A model generated the notes under the pieces. That model did no database searches and was not told the DNA's origin. It worked only from the letters and a program-made list of their open reading frames with translations. This document shows positions 1 to 14,369 of a DNA stretch of 64,000 nucleotides, piece by piece; positions within the stretch are counted from its first letter, which is position 1; every line of letters starts with the position of its first letter. Made by a program: the position numbers and the translations under genes. The DNA comes from Eledone cirrhosa (Eukaryota), in NCBI GenBank assembly GCA_964016885.1, contig OZ024747.1, positions 53,134,001-53,198,000 on the forward strand, given 5' to 3'.

Positions 1-160
1 CATTTGACTTTTATTTAACTTTATTTTACACTACTCCGGAGTAACCAAACCAACCTGCGCACTTCGACGAGTGCTCCAGCCTGCATACTGAGGTGTTGGT
101 ATACAACCAACATAAACTCAAAATCTATCTATATCTATATATATATATATACCGTTTATA

Positions 161-968
161 TACCGTGTATATTCGAGTAATAGTGTATCCTATGTAAAAG
201 TCGACCCTGATATTTCACAGAGAACAGGTCAACATTTGTGGGTCAAGGTATCATGCTGTACGTACAAATAAGGTAAAGGGTAAAACTCCTTTCGGTCACG
301 AATGGCCTAGAAACTTCCCCTCCAAGGCACAAGTCCGGGCAAGGTTGTTTGTGGAAGACAAGCAGTCACCCAAGCATACCAGTCTCCCCTCTCCACATCA
401 CCGATATTGTCCAAGGGAAGGGCAAAGGCCGATACAGCTTGGCACCAGTGATATCGTAAACTCATTTCTACAGCTGAGTAAACTGGAGCAAAGTGAAATA
501 AAAATGTCTTGCTCAAGGACACAACGCATCACCCGGTCTGAGAATCAAACTCACAACCTCACGATTGCAAGCCCAATGCTTTAACCTCAAAGCCCTGCGC
601 CTTTACACCTAAAAATAACACTGTTATAACATCGTCAGTAATTATGAGATGTTAATTGATTGTACTAATCTAGTCTGTTAACATTGATGGATAGCAAGTG
701 TAAATATTTATAAGAGCTACGCGGCCGTGTTTATTGATTTTGTTATTTACTAGGACGTGTGTTCTGATGCATAGAATCGGTAATATTACTGTAATTCATT
801 GTGTTTTTGTATTTTCATTCGCTCAGGGATCAGTTGGGTTTCTGCTAATGATACGAGACTTTCGACTTTAGCTTGAATTTCAAGCCCCTCAACATTAGTT
901 TCCATGTAATAGTTGACCCCATAGATTTAACCTTATAAAAATTCGACTTTTACACGAGTATATACGGT
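161..968. mobile_element. Tc1/mariner-pogo-type non-autonomous DNA transposon (MITE), interrupted by a SINE
   Basis: Imperfect terminal inverted repeats TACCGTGTATATTCGAGTAA (161) and TTTTACACGAGTATATACGGT (948-968), with subterminal AAAAGTCGAC motifs; no ORF. Confidence 0.55.
273..604 (-). mobile_element. tRNA-derived SINE with CORE-like central domain (family S2)
   Basis: Minus strand has a tRNA-like head followed by TGTGTCCTTGAGCAAGACATTTTTATTTCAC; homologous copies at 12215-12518, 37690-38018 and partial ones near 34930 and 61955. Confidence 0.7.
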
Positions 969-1023
969 GTGTACATATAAATTGGCAGAGTCGTTAAGAC
1001 GTCGGATACAATGCTTTATGGTA

Positions 1024-1746
1024 TTTTCCTTCCCTCCCTCCTCCGTTTTCCCAATAACTTACCCAGTTATGAACGCTCTGGGCGGTAGATATCTTGTCTT
1101 TAAAGCTTGGAAATATCCGAGACCCCCAGTAGACAACTGATGAGGACCCCCCCCGTTCTTGCTTTCTTCTTATTCTCACTCCATTTTAAGCTACCTTAAC
1201 TAGCAACTACACAGCCAATCCTATAATCCATATATTTTATCATATTTCGCTGTGACCAGTCTTCTCTCTCCTTCTACCTACCTATTTCGTTACTATCTAC
1301 TCTACCCCATTTTCTTCCTCTCCCTTTCTCCCTCTCATTGTCACTCACCCTCTCTCTTCCAGCCACCTCATTGTTTCCCTCGCCTGACACTCTAGCAGTC
1401 CTTTTCTCACTTACACTCGCTGGGGTCTGACGTGTCTTTTCGCTCGCCCACACGCTCTTGAACTTAAGTTCTGTTATCGCTGTGGTCTTGGATTTTCTTA
1501 CCTTAAGTTGCTCACACATTGCTCGGTTTGTTTGCTTTTTTTTTTGCTGTTTTCTCTTTTCTTCCCTTTTCCCTTCTATCCCCCCCCTCCTCTGTTTCCC
1601 CAATAACTTACCCAGGTATTGAACGCTCTGGGCGGTAGATATCTTGTCTTTAAGGCGTAGAATTATCTGAGACCCCCAGTAGACGACTGATGAGGAAAAC
1701 TACCCCCGCTCTTGCTTTCTTCTTATTCTCACTCAATTTTGAGCTA
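1024..1746 (+). mobile_element. Non-autonomous element A: two ~170 bp direct repeats (1024-1194, 1568-1746; period ~550) ending in (TA)n; pLTR/retrozyme-like
   Basis: Direct repeat visible (CCCAATAACTTACCCAG...CTGATGAGGA...TTATTCTCACTC); pyrimidine-rich non-coding middle; 3' end abuts (TA)n. Confidence 0.6.
1078..1146 (+). ncRNA. Candidate permuted hammerhead-like motif (second copy 1628-1696)
   Basis: GATA-TC / TTGTCT / TTAAAGCTTG / GAAA-TATC / ... / AGACAA-CTGATGA; stems GATAT:ATATC and TTGTCT:AGACAA; spacing identical to the motif at 49354-49420. Confidence 0.45.
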
Positions 1747-1759
1747 TATATATATATAT

Positions 1760-2392
<633 letters not shown>

Positions 2393-2420
2393 GTATATGT
2401 ATATATAAATATATATATAC

Positions 2421-2453
<33 letters not shown>

Positions 2454-2469
2454 CACATATACATAAATA

Positions 2470-2506
<37 letters not shown>

Positions 2507-2536
2507 CTGTATATATATTTCTCTCTCTCTCTCTCG

Positions 2537-2593
<57 letters not shown>

Positions 2594-2696
2594 AATATAT
2601 ATATAGTGACACATAATTATACATGCAATCCAATGTCCTATTTAAAAAAAAACAATGAGATGTACTTTTGATAACGATGTTACTAAGGCTACTTTA

Positions 2697-4000
2697 CCAC
2701 CCCCACCTCCATCAGCGCCAACACCACCTACCTCCACCACCACCACCACCACCATCAACACCACCACCACCAACACTACCACCGACATCACAACAGCCAC
2801 TGCCTCCACCACAACCACCACCACCACCATCACCACCACCAACATATCCATCACCACAACCCCTACACTGCCACCATGACCCCCCACCGCCATCACCACC
2901 ACCAATACCACCACCAGCAACGCCACCACCGCCACTATCACCACCACCATGACCACCACCATGACCACCACCACCACCACCATCGCCACCACCACCAACA
3001 TCAATACCACCATCGCCACCACCACCTCTATCACCACCACCATCGCCACCACCACCACCACCATCGCTACCACCACCAACATCAACACCACCATCGCAAC
3101 CACCACCACCTCTATCACCACCACCATCGCCACCACCACCACCACCATCATCGCCACCACCACCACCATCGCCACCACCACCAACATCAACACCACCATC
3201 GCCACCACCACCACCACCATCGCCACCACCACCTCTATCACCACCACCATCGCCACCACCACCACCACCATCGCCACCACCACCTCTATCACCACCACCA
3301 TGACCACCACAACCATGACCACCATCGCCACCACCACCACCACCACCATCGCCACCAACATCAACACCACCATCGCCACCACCACCTCTATCACCACCAC
3401 CATGGCCACCACAACCATGACCACCATCGCCACCACCACCACCATCGCCACCACCACCAACATCAACACCACCATCGCCACCACCACCTCTATCACCACC
3501 ACCATCGCCACCACCACCACCATCGCCACCACCACCTCTATCACCACCACCATGGCCACCACAACCACGACCACCATCACCACCGCCATCACCAACATCG
3601 CCACCGCCCCTACACTACCACCATTTACTCTTATTACTGCTGTCAGTGAGGCTATTGATGCTGTTGTTGTTGTTGTCATTGCGACTGTTGTAGTTGGAAT
3701 TATTTTTTTTGTTGTTGTTGTAGTCATCAATGTTGTTGCTGTTGTTACTGTTGTTGTTGTTGTTGTTGTAGTTGTTGTTATTGCTGTTGTTATTGTTGTT
3801 GTAGTTGTTGTTGTTGTTGTTGTAGTTGTTATTGCTGTTGTTATTGTTGTTGTAGTTGTTGTTGTTGTTGTAGTTGATGCTGTAGTTGTTGTTGTTATTG
3901 TTGTTGTAGTTGTTGTTGTTGTTGTAGTTGTTGCTGTTTTTGTAGTTGTCATTGTTGTAGTTGTCATTGTTGTTGTTGTTGTTGCAGTTACTGCTGCTGA
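2697..4000. repeat. Cryptic (ACC)n followed by (GTT)n trinucleotide low-complexity tracts
   Basis: Direct inspection; produces spurious Thr/His/Val ORFs. Confidence 0.9.
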
Positions 4001-4181
4001 AGTAGATGACAAACAAATAGTATAAAAAGTCGGTGAGACGATTTAAAATTATGAAAGAAAGCTGATTAAATATATGGACTGAGGTGGAAGAATCGATGAC
4101 GATTGATTGATTTTTATTGTATCTCTCATGTGTGTAGTTTAGTATATTGATCTAACGATCAATGTTAACTGTACTGTTCTT

Positions 4182-4252
<71 letters not shown>

Positions 4253-4288
4253 GTATCAATCAATCAATCTATTTATCGATCTACCTAA

Positions 4289-4335
<47 letters not shown>

Positions 4336-4641
4336 CCACTTATATATAGTTTAATATATTCATCTATATGAGATCGATATTAACTGCTATTAATGAGGAC
4401 ATGGTCACATAATTGAGTGGTTGAAGTGTTTACGATCTATCTCCTTGCTGCCAGGTTCAACTTGATCCCTAAATTAGGGTGCCTCGGCCTGGTATACATG
4501 GCGATCATAACGTTATAAGTTCAAAATTCTCTGTTTGACCAATATTGATGGTATAAGTCGACCTCCAAAACAGGAAAATCATAGGGTAAGATCTACCCTA
4601 TGATTTCGTGTGTTTTGCACCTTATCATATATTAAAAAAAA

Positions 4642-4905
4642 CCTGTAGGTTGAAGATGAGAGCAAAAGGAGGAAACGAGCACTTGTACAACACGTTCTTG
4701 GAGTTGAGGGTTGTTCTATCTACGGGGTATTAAACAATCCATTTGTAACGCCTCCCCCCTATTGGGGATTTCGATTGTTGAATTTTTTTTGTTTAAAAAT
4801 TGATTTTTTACACGATTGTATGTAAAATCCCCGGCATATGTCCTTGTGTTGTCCCCTTTTCTTGTGCGCCCTTATGGCAAATAAAGAAATATATCTAAAG
4901 AAACA
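4642..4905 (+). mobile_element. 3' UTR of a Tx1/L1-like LINE
   Basis: Homologous to 22181-22430 and 21860-22125; ends GCCCTTATGGCAAATAAAGAAATATATCT. Confidence 0.6.
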
Positions 4906-4924
4906 TCTCTCTCTCTCTCTCTCA

Positions 4925-5200
4925 CTGGGGATCTTATTTGCCATTAGCTTAGTTCACTCTATCCTATTCCAGAATTTGCTCCTATACATGGGCCAAATCC
5001 CATTCACATCATTTTCTATAATCTTCACCTATTTGACCCAGGCTCCTGTCTCTCTAATTTTTTAGGATCACACATTCTTCATCATTCTTATTAAGTCAGC
5101 ATTTAATATGTTGACTTTTACGTTATCCGAAATGACTGAGTTGCGGTATTTGAAGGCCATGGATTTCGAAGCCTGTCACATGGACTGAACATATAATTCA
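4925..5200 (-). pseudogene. Degenerate fragment of the same Penelope-like ORF family
   Basis: CTATTCCAGAATTTGCTCCTATACA and TCCGAAATGACTGAGTT align with 25567-25590 and 25810-25826; internal deletions. Confidence 0.7.
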
Positions 5201-5564
5201 AAGAACCCCCTGTGTTTTACTCTATGTCACAGTGAACCCTCTTGATAAGTTGTCTTGATTAGAATTGACATGGGCCTAAAAAACAACACCAACAACACCT
5301 GAAATAACTGTGTGCGCCTATTCGCTACTTTCCAAATTTAACGTAAGTTAAATGTAAGTTTAGTTACGGGTTAGCCGAAACAGAAAAGAGGTCACTGTCA
5401 CTGTTCGGATTTTACCGAATTCCCCCCCCGCCCCTAAAAAAATTGAAATGATTATTTTTTAAACATTGCATTGAAGTTAATGTCTACATTGGAACTTGGG
5501 AACTTCTTCAATTAAAACTGTATGGCATGTGGTTGTGTGTGTATGTATGTTTGTATGTATGTAT

Positions 5565-6110
5565 ATCGGGTCACTCTTGAGTGTTACTTGGAACATGTAA
5601 CCCAGTACAACCTGTCGCATGGTCGGGTCGTCGGTGACTAAACCGGCAACCCCACAAAGTTTACTTGATGAGGAGGGTGATTTTCGACACCCTTCAGGAC
5701 AAAAAACAAAACCTGACAAAGGGCGGAAGAACTCATAAAGCCAACGGCCATCCGAAATTGTGTAATTATATATATAGACATTTACCGCCCGGTTAAACCA
5801 CTGGGAGTGAAGGACCCCTAGCCTTTGTCAGGGCATTCTTCTAGCAGAAGGCAACTCAGGAATAACTCAGGAATAACTGGGATAACTCGGATATAAAACC
5901 TACGGCTCAGTAGTTACTGATGATGTTGATCTTTTCTTCTTTTCGGGTTATAGCTACTGTCGCTCAGAGAGTGGGATTGGTTCAGTGCACAGTCTTTCCT
6001 CACTTTAAAAAATATCTTCACGCACAGACATTGCACGATAGAATTAATTAATAATTATTAATAATAGTATATCGTGCAATGGCCATACTCGATAACGAGT
6101 GGGTAGCCAT
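5565..6110 (+). mobile_element. Interspersed repeat, possibly an RTE-related SINE or LINE 5' UTR (copies 6225-6420, 23411-24008, 42120-42360, 50355-50785)
   Basis: Shared GACCCCTAGCCTTTGTCAGG...CTAG(G/C)AGAAGG(C/A)AACTC...AGAGAGTGGGATTGG; the classification is only inferred. Confidence 0.5.
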
Positions 6111-6525
6111 CATGCATGTATATATGTAGGTATGTATGTAGGTATGTATGTATATATATATATATATATGTATGTATGTTATTTTTGTGGAGGGAGAGGT
6201 TCCTTGTCTTCAATAAGACATTTCTTTAGGAGAAGGTCGCTCTCATATAAAACCTACGACTTCGGTTGCATCCAATGATGTAGACCAGTTCGTTTTTTGG
6301 GGGTAAATGCATTTGATGTTCAGAGAGTGGGATTGGTCCAGTGCAAAACCTTTCCTCACTTAAGGAAGATTCATGGATAGGCATCGCTTGATTTGTGATA
6401 TTTTTTGCGATGCATGGTATTGCCGGCCATAGGCAAGTCCCTAGTAGGACTAAAAAGCCATCTCCGTAATGCTCATACTTAGCTATCAAGCTATGGCATC
6501 ACTCAAGTTGCAGCCATTATGTATG

Positions 6526-6591
<66 letters not shown>

Positions 6592-6649
6592 TGTATATGT
6601 ATGTATGTACAAATATATATTTAACTGTTTATATATATATATGTATGTA

Positions 6650-6694
<45 letters not shown>

Positions 6695-7500
6695 ATATGT
6701 ATATACATATGTATGTATATATTTATATATATATATCTATGTATGTAAATATATGTATGTATGCATGTGTATATATATATATACACACTATTCATATCAG
6801 AGCAATCTTGTTTCAACGTATTGTCTATCAGCTATTGATTTCATTTAATTCCCATCTTTTTATCAATAAAACATTCTGCCATAAATTATTGTACATAATG
6901 AGGAAACATGTATTAATAGAGAAGGGGGGGGGGTAGATGGGAGAGAGAGAGAAAGAGAAGAGGGAGAGTTATAGAGAGGGGGAGTAAGAGAGAGAGGGGA
7001 GTGAGAGAGAGAGGGAGAGAGGGGGAGATAAAGAGAGAGAGATGGGAGCAAGATATAGAGAGGGGGAGATGGGAGAGGGAGAGAGAGGGGGAGGGAGAGA
7101 GAGAGGCGGCGAGAGAAAGATAAGGAGGGAGAGAGAGAGAGAGGGGAGAGAAAGAGAGAGAAAGAGAGATGGATAGAAAGAGATTAAAAGAGAGAGATAA
7201 TGAAAGGTAGAGAAAGACAGAGAGGAAGATAACTATTGATAGTGACGAAGAGAGAGGGGGAGACAGGGAGAGTGAGATAGAATGCCAAATAGAGAGGGAT
7301 ATATATATATATATATATATATACCTCTCTCTCTCTGTGTGTATATACTGTATATATTATTCAAAATATTAATTGTTTCTACTTTTGGCACAAGGCCAGC
7401 AATTACCCCAGTGCATTACTGGTACTTTATTTTATCGTCCCCGTAAGGATGAAAGGCAAAGTTAACCTCGGCGATGGAGACATTCACGTAATACAAATAT

Positions 7501-7570
7501 ATGTTTTATTATATATATTTCGGAGGTACTGTGCTGTTTTTTCAGTACGTCCTCATCAGATAAAATACAT
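7501..7570 (-). ncRNA. Type I hammerhead ribozyme, family H2
   Basis: Reverse complement reads TTTTAT-CTGATGA-GGA-C-GTACTG-(11 nt)-CAGTAC-C-TCC-GAAA-TATATA-TA-ATAAAA. Confidence 0.8.
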
Positions 7571-7644
7571 AAATTGATGTATGACATACCTCAACTGTGC
7601 TGATGGTTCAATTCCAGTCTTGGCTTATATATATATATATATAT

Positions 7645-7892
7645 ATAGGAACAAGTATGACTCCGACGGCAGAGCTCAAGCCGTTTCGACGGCTAATTAG
7701 GGGTCATACTTGTTCCTATTACCCACTCTACTACCCTAAGTAGTGAGTACTTTAGTGCGTTATGGTCCATCTGGTTCCTTACCACATTTCCTTCGTCATA
7801 TATAGATATATATATAGAACTCTGGTCCAAACGGCTTGAGCTCTACCGTCGGGAGTCATACATTTTCCTATTACCCACTCTACTACCCTAAG

Positions 7893-7895
<3 letters not shown>
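7645..7895. mobile_element. Short (TA)n-flanked repeat family C, rearranged and palindromic (copies 27957-28098, 38083-38565)
   Basis: Shared GGAACCAGATGGACCATAACGCAC...GACCCCGACGGC(A/T)GAGCTCAAGCCGTTTCGACGGC; local palindrome 7645-7720. Confidence 0.75.
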
Positions 7896-7935
<40 letters not shown>

Positions 7936-7964
7936 CTGATGGTAGCTAAGGTGCTTCCATAGGT

Positions 7965-8099
<135 letters not shown>

Positions 8100-8283
8100 G
8101 GATCCAGAGAAGAAGATGAAATGAAATCCATTAGTTTATATATACCATCGTTTGAATTTGATGTAAAACATTTATTGATAACACCTTATCAATTCAGTGA
8201 TATGGTAGCGAAACATCTGCAAACTTCACCATACACATCTACTCCTACACTCCCCTATGTCAGTGTTTATATAGTTAGGTAGA

Positions 8284-8329
<46 letters not shown>

Positions 8330-8382
8330 TACATACACTCACTCTCTCCCTGTCAGTGTTTATATAGTTAGGTAGATATATG

Positions 8383-8424
<42 letters not shown>

Positions 8425-8531
8425 TACATACATACACTCACTCTCTCCCTGTCAGTGTTTATATAGTTAGGTAGATAAATGTATGTATATATATATATAT
8501 ATATACACACGCGCACACACACTCACACATC

Positions 8532-8586
<55 letters not shown>

Positions 8587-8604
8587 TGTCAGTGTTTATA
8601 TAGT

Positions 8605-8726
<122 letters not shown>

Positions 8727-8740
8727 TATACACAAATATA

Positions 8741-8773
<33 letters not shown>

Positions 8774-8778
8774 TTATA

Positions 8779-8882
<104 letters not shown>

Positions 8883-8908
8883 CGCTTGTTACACATGTAT
8901 TATTGTAT

Positions 8909-9090
8909 ATTGGCAGTATCGGTAGAGGGTGGGACGCCATGCTTTGACGCATAGAGTTACGGCCCTTGCCATTCTGAGTTCAAATCCGGCAGAGGTTAAC
9001 TTTGCCTTTCATCCTTACGGGGTCGATAAAATAAAGTACCAGTAATCTACTGGGTATTTGCTGGCCTTGTGTCAATAGTAGAAACAATTA
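8909..9090 (+). mobile_element. tRNA-derived SINE family S1 (copies 7371-7474, 13187-13380, 18995-19170, 37295-37455, 40274-40510, 41505-41690, 47372-47556)
   Basis: A-box-like TGGCAGTATCGG, B-box GAGTTCAAATCC, conserved GCCTTTCATCCTTACGGGGTCGATAAAATAAAGTACCAG; AAT-rich tail. Confidence 0.85.
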
Positions 9091-9729
9091 TTGTATAGTA
9101 CAAATTATGAAATCTACATTTATATCAAATACAAACTCAAGCGTACACATATCCACACATATGTACTCACATATATACACACATATCCACACATATATAC
9201 ACACATATCCATACATATATATATACACACACACATATATATATACACACATATCCACACATATGTACTCACATATATACACACATATCCACACATATAT
9301 ACACACATATCCACACATATATACACACATATATCCAAACATATATACACATATATCCACAATTATGTACACACATATCCACACATATGTACACACACAT
9401 ATCCACACATATGTACACACATGTAGTCACATATATATACACACATATCTACACACACATATCCACACATATGTACACACATGTAGTCACATATATATAC
9501 ACACATATCTACAATTATATACACACATATGTACAAACATCTGTACAAGTATATATTACAAATTAAGTCGTATATATTTATATCGTGTGGTAATTAAAAC
9601 GTACACATAAATACACACATAAATACACACATAAATACACACATAAATACACACATAAATACACACATAAACCAGGCACTAACAGACACACATATATATA
9701 TTCATATCTATATGCATTTTGAATAAACT

Positions 9730-9801
<72 letters not shown>

Positions 9802-10024
9802 GTGTATATATATATGCATACATATACATGTATGTATATATGTATATATGTATATAAACGTGCATGTACATGTATATATATATGTATATAAACATACATG
9901 TACATGTATATATATATAACTATATATATATAATATAATATATATATATATATAATATATATATATATATTATATATATATATATGTATATATAACTATA
10001 TATATATATATGTATATATATATA

Positions 10025-10090
<66 letters not shown>

Positions 10091-10226
10091 TTTATATATA
10101 TATATTCACACAATGAGTGTGTATAAAAAGTACACACACAAAATTATTCAGATATAATTTCATTTCATTTGCCATTTGATATGGGACAGATTGAGAAACG
10201 ATAATTCCGCCATTCGCGCCCTTTCA

Positions 10227-10281
<55 letters not shown>

Positions 10282-10397
10282 ATCAATGAAGAACAAATCA
10301 AATAATAACCCCGTCTCCCCTAAACAACGATAACAACAATAACAATACCGAACGTTAGAAAAACAATTAGAAGTGTAACAGCTGATAAACGTATAGT

Positions 10398-10488
<91 letters not shown>

Positions 10489-10494
10489 CATGCT

Positions 10495-10551
<57 letters not shown>

Positions 10552-10561
10552 TTTATATTTA

Positions 10562-10674
<113 letters not shown>

Positions 10675-10694
10675 TTATTTATATATATATATAT

Positions 10695-10799
<105 letters not shown>

Positions 10800-10800
10800 T

Positions 10801-10867
<67 letters not shown>

Positions 10868-11212
10868 TGAAGCCAATAAAAGCCGAAATTTAGACAACGC
10901 ATTAGTTTGAATTAGACCCAAGACAAACAGAAATTTCTTTCTCATCAGCGGGATCCATGAAGAACTTTCAGTACTGGTACCTTGCCAGAGAAGAAGGGGG
11001 AGGATAAGAATGTTAGAGGGAGGCTGAGAGATAAGAAGGGAGTATTAGAGAGGGGAGAGAGAGAAAGAGAAAGTGTGAGCATTGCAAAAAACAGGAAATG
11101 GATGCCTATCCTCACATCCACAATTTCGTACACACAAACACACGCACACAAATATTCATCAGCATGTACATGTATATATATATATGTATTTGTGTATGTA
11201 TATCATCCCCTC

Positions 11213-11290
<78 letters not shown>

Positions 11291-11293
11291 TAA

Positions 11294-11377
<84 letters not shown>

Positions 11378-11549
11378 AGTGTAACTTGGAGTTACTGCAG
11401 GTAACCATTTTATACCATTTTTTAAAGCTGCCGATTATTGAGTCGGGTAAGATCGATACAGATCGAACTTTGAGCTGATCAGTGGCGAAACACGCGTCAC
11501 CTACCGATAAATGTAATGAAGGAGTAACCAATCGTCCTTGTTATTCTTT

Positions 11550-11657
<108 letters not shown>

Positions 11658-12214
11658 GCTTTGGTCAGGAGCGAGGCTTTATATCTTTGCCCTTCTCCGT
11701 AACTTGGGCTTGGTGCAACTTGAGGCAGTGAATGCTCTTCATGAACAATAGTACGTCAATGGGTGCAGGATTAACACAAGACAGGGAGCGACACCTAGAG
11801 GATCGATGTTCTGGGAAGAAAGGATTACATGAAGTAGTTAGGATTAGGGTTTGTGTTGGGATGGTGGTGATGAAAGATAGACAGTTTAGTGAGCTGCTAG
11901 TAACAGACCAGGGGCACAATCAGAGCTTATAATCGTGAGGAGCAAATGTCATTGTAGTAGATGTTGTAATGTCAGAGAGAGGAATCTGGTGGTTTGTGGC
12001 CCGCGATATAAGTTCTCCCGACGAGGACTTAAAAACGATGATGATGATGTTGATGATGTTGATGTTGATGATGCTGAGGCGGATTTCGTGTTGGCTCTTT
12101 CTTGCGATATTGTCTTCGATTTCTTTAACATTTGTGATACCAAACTGCCGGCTTTAGTTCTACTACAAACCATTCTCGGTATTAAAGAGCAAATTAAAAG
12201 CCCCCCCCCCCCCC

Positions 12215-12518
12215 CAACGATCACTAATCACCTTGGCTTTGCACCTAGAAAGTTCCTCTCCGAGAACAAGCCTGGGCAAAGTTTGTTTGTGGAAGACCAG
12301 CAGTCACCCATACATATCATGTTGTCCAAGGGAAAAGCAAAGGTCGATATAGCTTGGTACAAGTGTCGTCGCAACTCATTACTACAGCTGAGTAAACTGA
12401 TGCAGCATGAAATAAACTGTCTTGCTCAAAGGTACAACACATCATCCGGTCCGAGAATCGAAGTCACAACCTCTCAATTGCAAGCCAAAAGCTTTAACCA
12501 CTAAGTCATGCGCCTTCA
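12215..12518 (-). mobile_element. SINE family S2
   Basis: Homologous to 273-604. Confidence 0.7.
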
Positions 12519-12671
12519 TATATTTATCTAATACAAAGACAGACTCCCCCATCATACTGTAATGTAAGAACCTTAGTTTATGTCCCAAACATTAACTTTA
12601 TGAGAAATTGAGTTATATGACAAACTATTTGAATAGAATTAAGTAAACGATAGAAGTATAACTATAATATA

Positions 12672-12885
12672 TATATTGTTATACCCTGGGAGGGTCATGC
12701 TGCCAATAAAAACGCACGCACCTGTTGTTTTTCACCTCAATTTATTATAAATTTCCCGGTGGCTGGCTGGTTCGATAACCAGATGGCTGTTTATGTATTC
12801 TCAAAGTTCTTTCGTCAAACCTTCTATGACCTCCTCAGTAACTGGTTTTTTATTTTGTGTCTCTCCTTTGTTCTGTCCTACACGA
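12672..12885 (-). mobile_element. Solo diverged pLTR of the Penelope family with a decayed hammerhead (12800-12843)
   Basis: Aligns to 24461-24715; reverse complement reads CTGAGGA-G-GTCA-tagaaggtt-TGAC-GAAA-G-aa-C-TT-TGA. Confidence 0.75.
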
Positions 12886-12886
12886 T

Positions 12887-12935
<49 letters not shown>

Positions 12936-13742
12936 AATCACAGATATACAACGCATACAATATACGCATGTATCAATGTATATATATGCCCATGTACGTA
13001 GTAGTACATGACTACCTATATACATACACAAACGCACACACACATATATATATATACATACATACATATATATATATATACACATACATATATATATATT
13101 CATTTATATATATATATATATATATACTATATATATATATATATATATATACTATATATATATACATTTAAAATGTATTTAATACAATAATTGTTTCTAC
13201 TTTTGGCACAAGGCCAGCAATTATCACAGTACATTACTGGTACTTTATTTTATCGACCCCGTAAGGATGAAAGGCAAAGTTAACCTCGGCGGGATTTGAA
13301 CTCAGAATAGCAAGGGCCGTAACTCTATGCGTCAAAGCATGAGGTCTTACCCTCTACCGATACTGCCAATTCACCGCCCTTTGTATTTAATACAATAATT
13401 ATACGTCTATATTATTTCAAATATGTCTCTGTGTCCATCTGGTCGTTTATCATGTTATCGTTCTCCATATAGGTTTTATCTCACATACATCTATATATCT
13501 CTCTATCTCTCTACATCTCCGTATCTGCTTGTCTTCATATCAAACTATATATTTCCTTCATATATGATATATTTATTTATCTCTTCATAATTTCTATCAT
13601 GTAGCTTTTGTTTTTATTTCGATATATTTTGTTGTCTTTTTTTTGTTTAATTTCATATGTCGAATATCTCTAAATGTCCATATGTTCCTTTGTTTTATTA
13701 TATATATAGAAACATTTATGTTAATATGGCTACGATATATCT

Positions 13743-13904
<162 letters not shown>

Positions 13905-14016
13905 AATATATATACACATATATGTATGTGTATATATATATTTATAAATATATATATACTTCGGTTATACTCATTATTTTTATTATAAATATACATATAT
14001 AGATATACATATACAT

Positions 14017-14069
<53 letters not shown>

Positions 14070-14122
14070 TATATATTTATACATATATACATATGCATAT
14101 ATATATATATATAATCTATAAT

Positions 14123-14160
<38 letters not shown>

Positions 14161-14336
14161 ATTATATATACGTATATATCAGTACATTTCTACGTCTGTG
14201 TTTCTCTCTCTTTCCTTCTCAGTTACCAGTTGAGCTGGAATCACGTAATCCAGTTAGGACAAACGTTAGTACTTAATAAAGGAACAATTTGAAACATATG
14301 GAAGGACGACAGCAAAAAACAACAACACCGACAATT

Positions 14337-14369
<33 letters not shown>

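Noticed and set aside
2642-4025. Mucin-like Thr-rich, His-rich and Val-rich ORFs
   Set aside because: Open in several frames on both strands because of trinucleotide repeats; no signal peptide or domain
5664-5770. TTGATGAGGA...TCCGAAA hammerhead-like motif
   Set aside because: The core is not conserved in the homologous copies at 50398 and 24000
11440-11510. GAAACACGCGTC hammerhead 3' half (similar case at 63011-63075, minus strand)
   Set aside because: CUGANGA core is missing or too decayed to call
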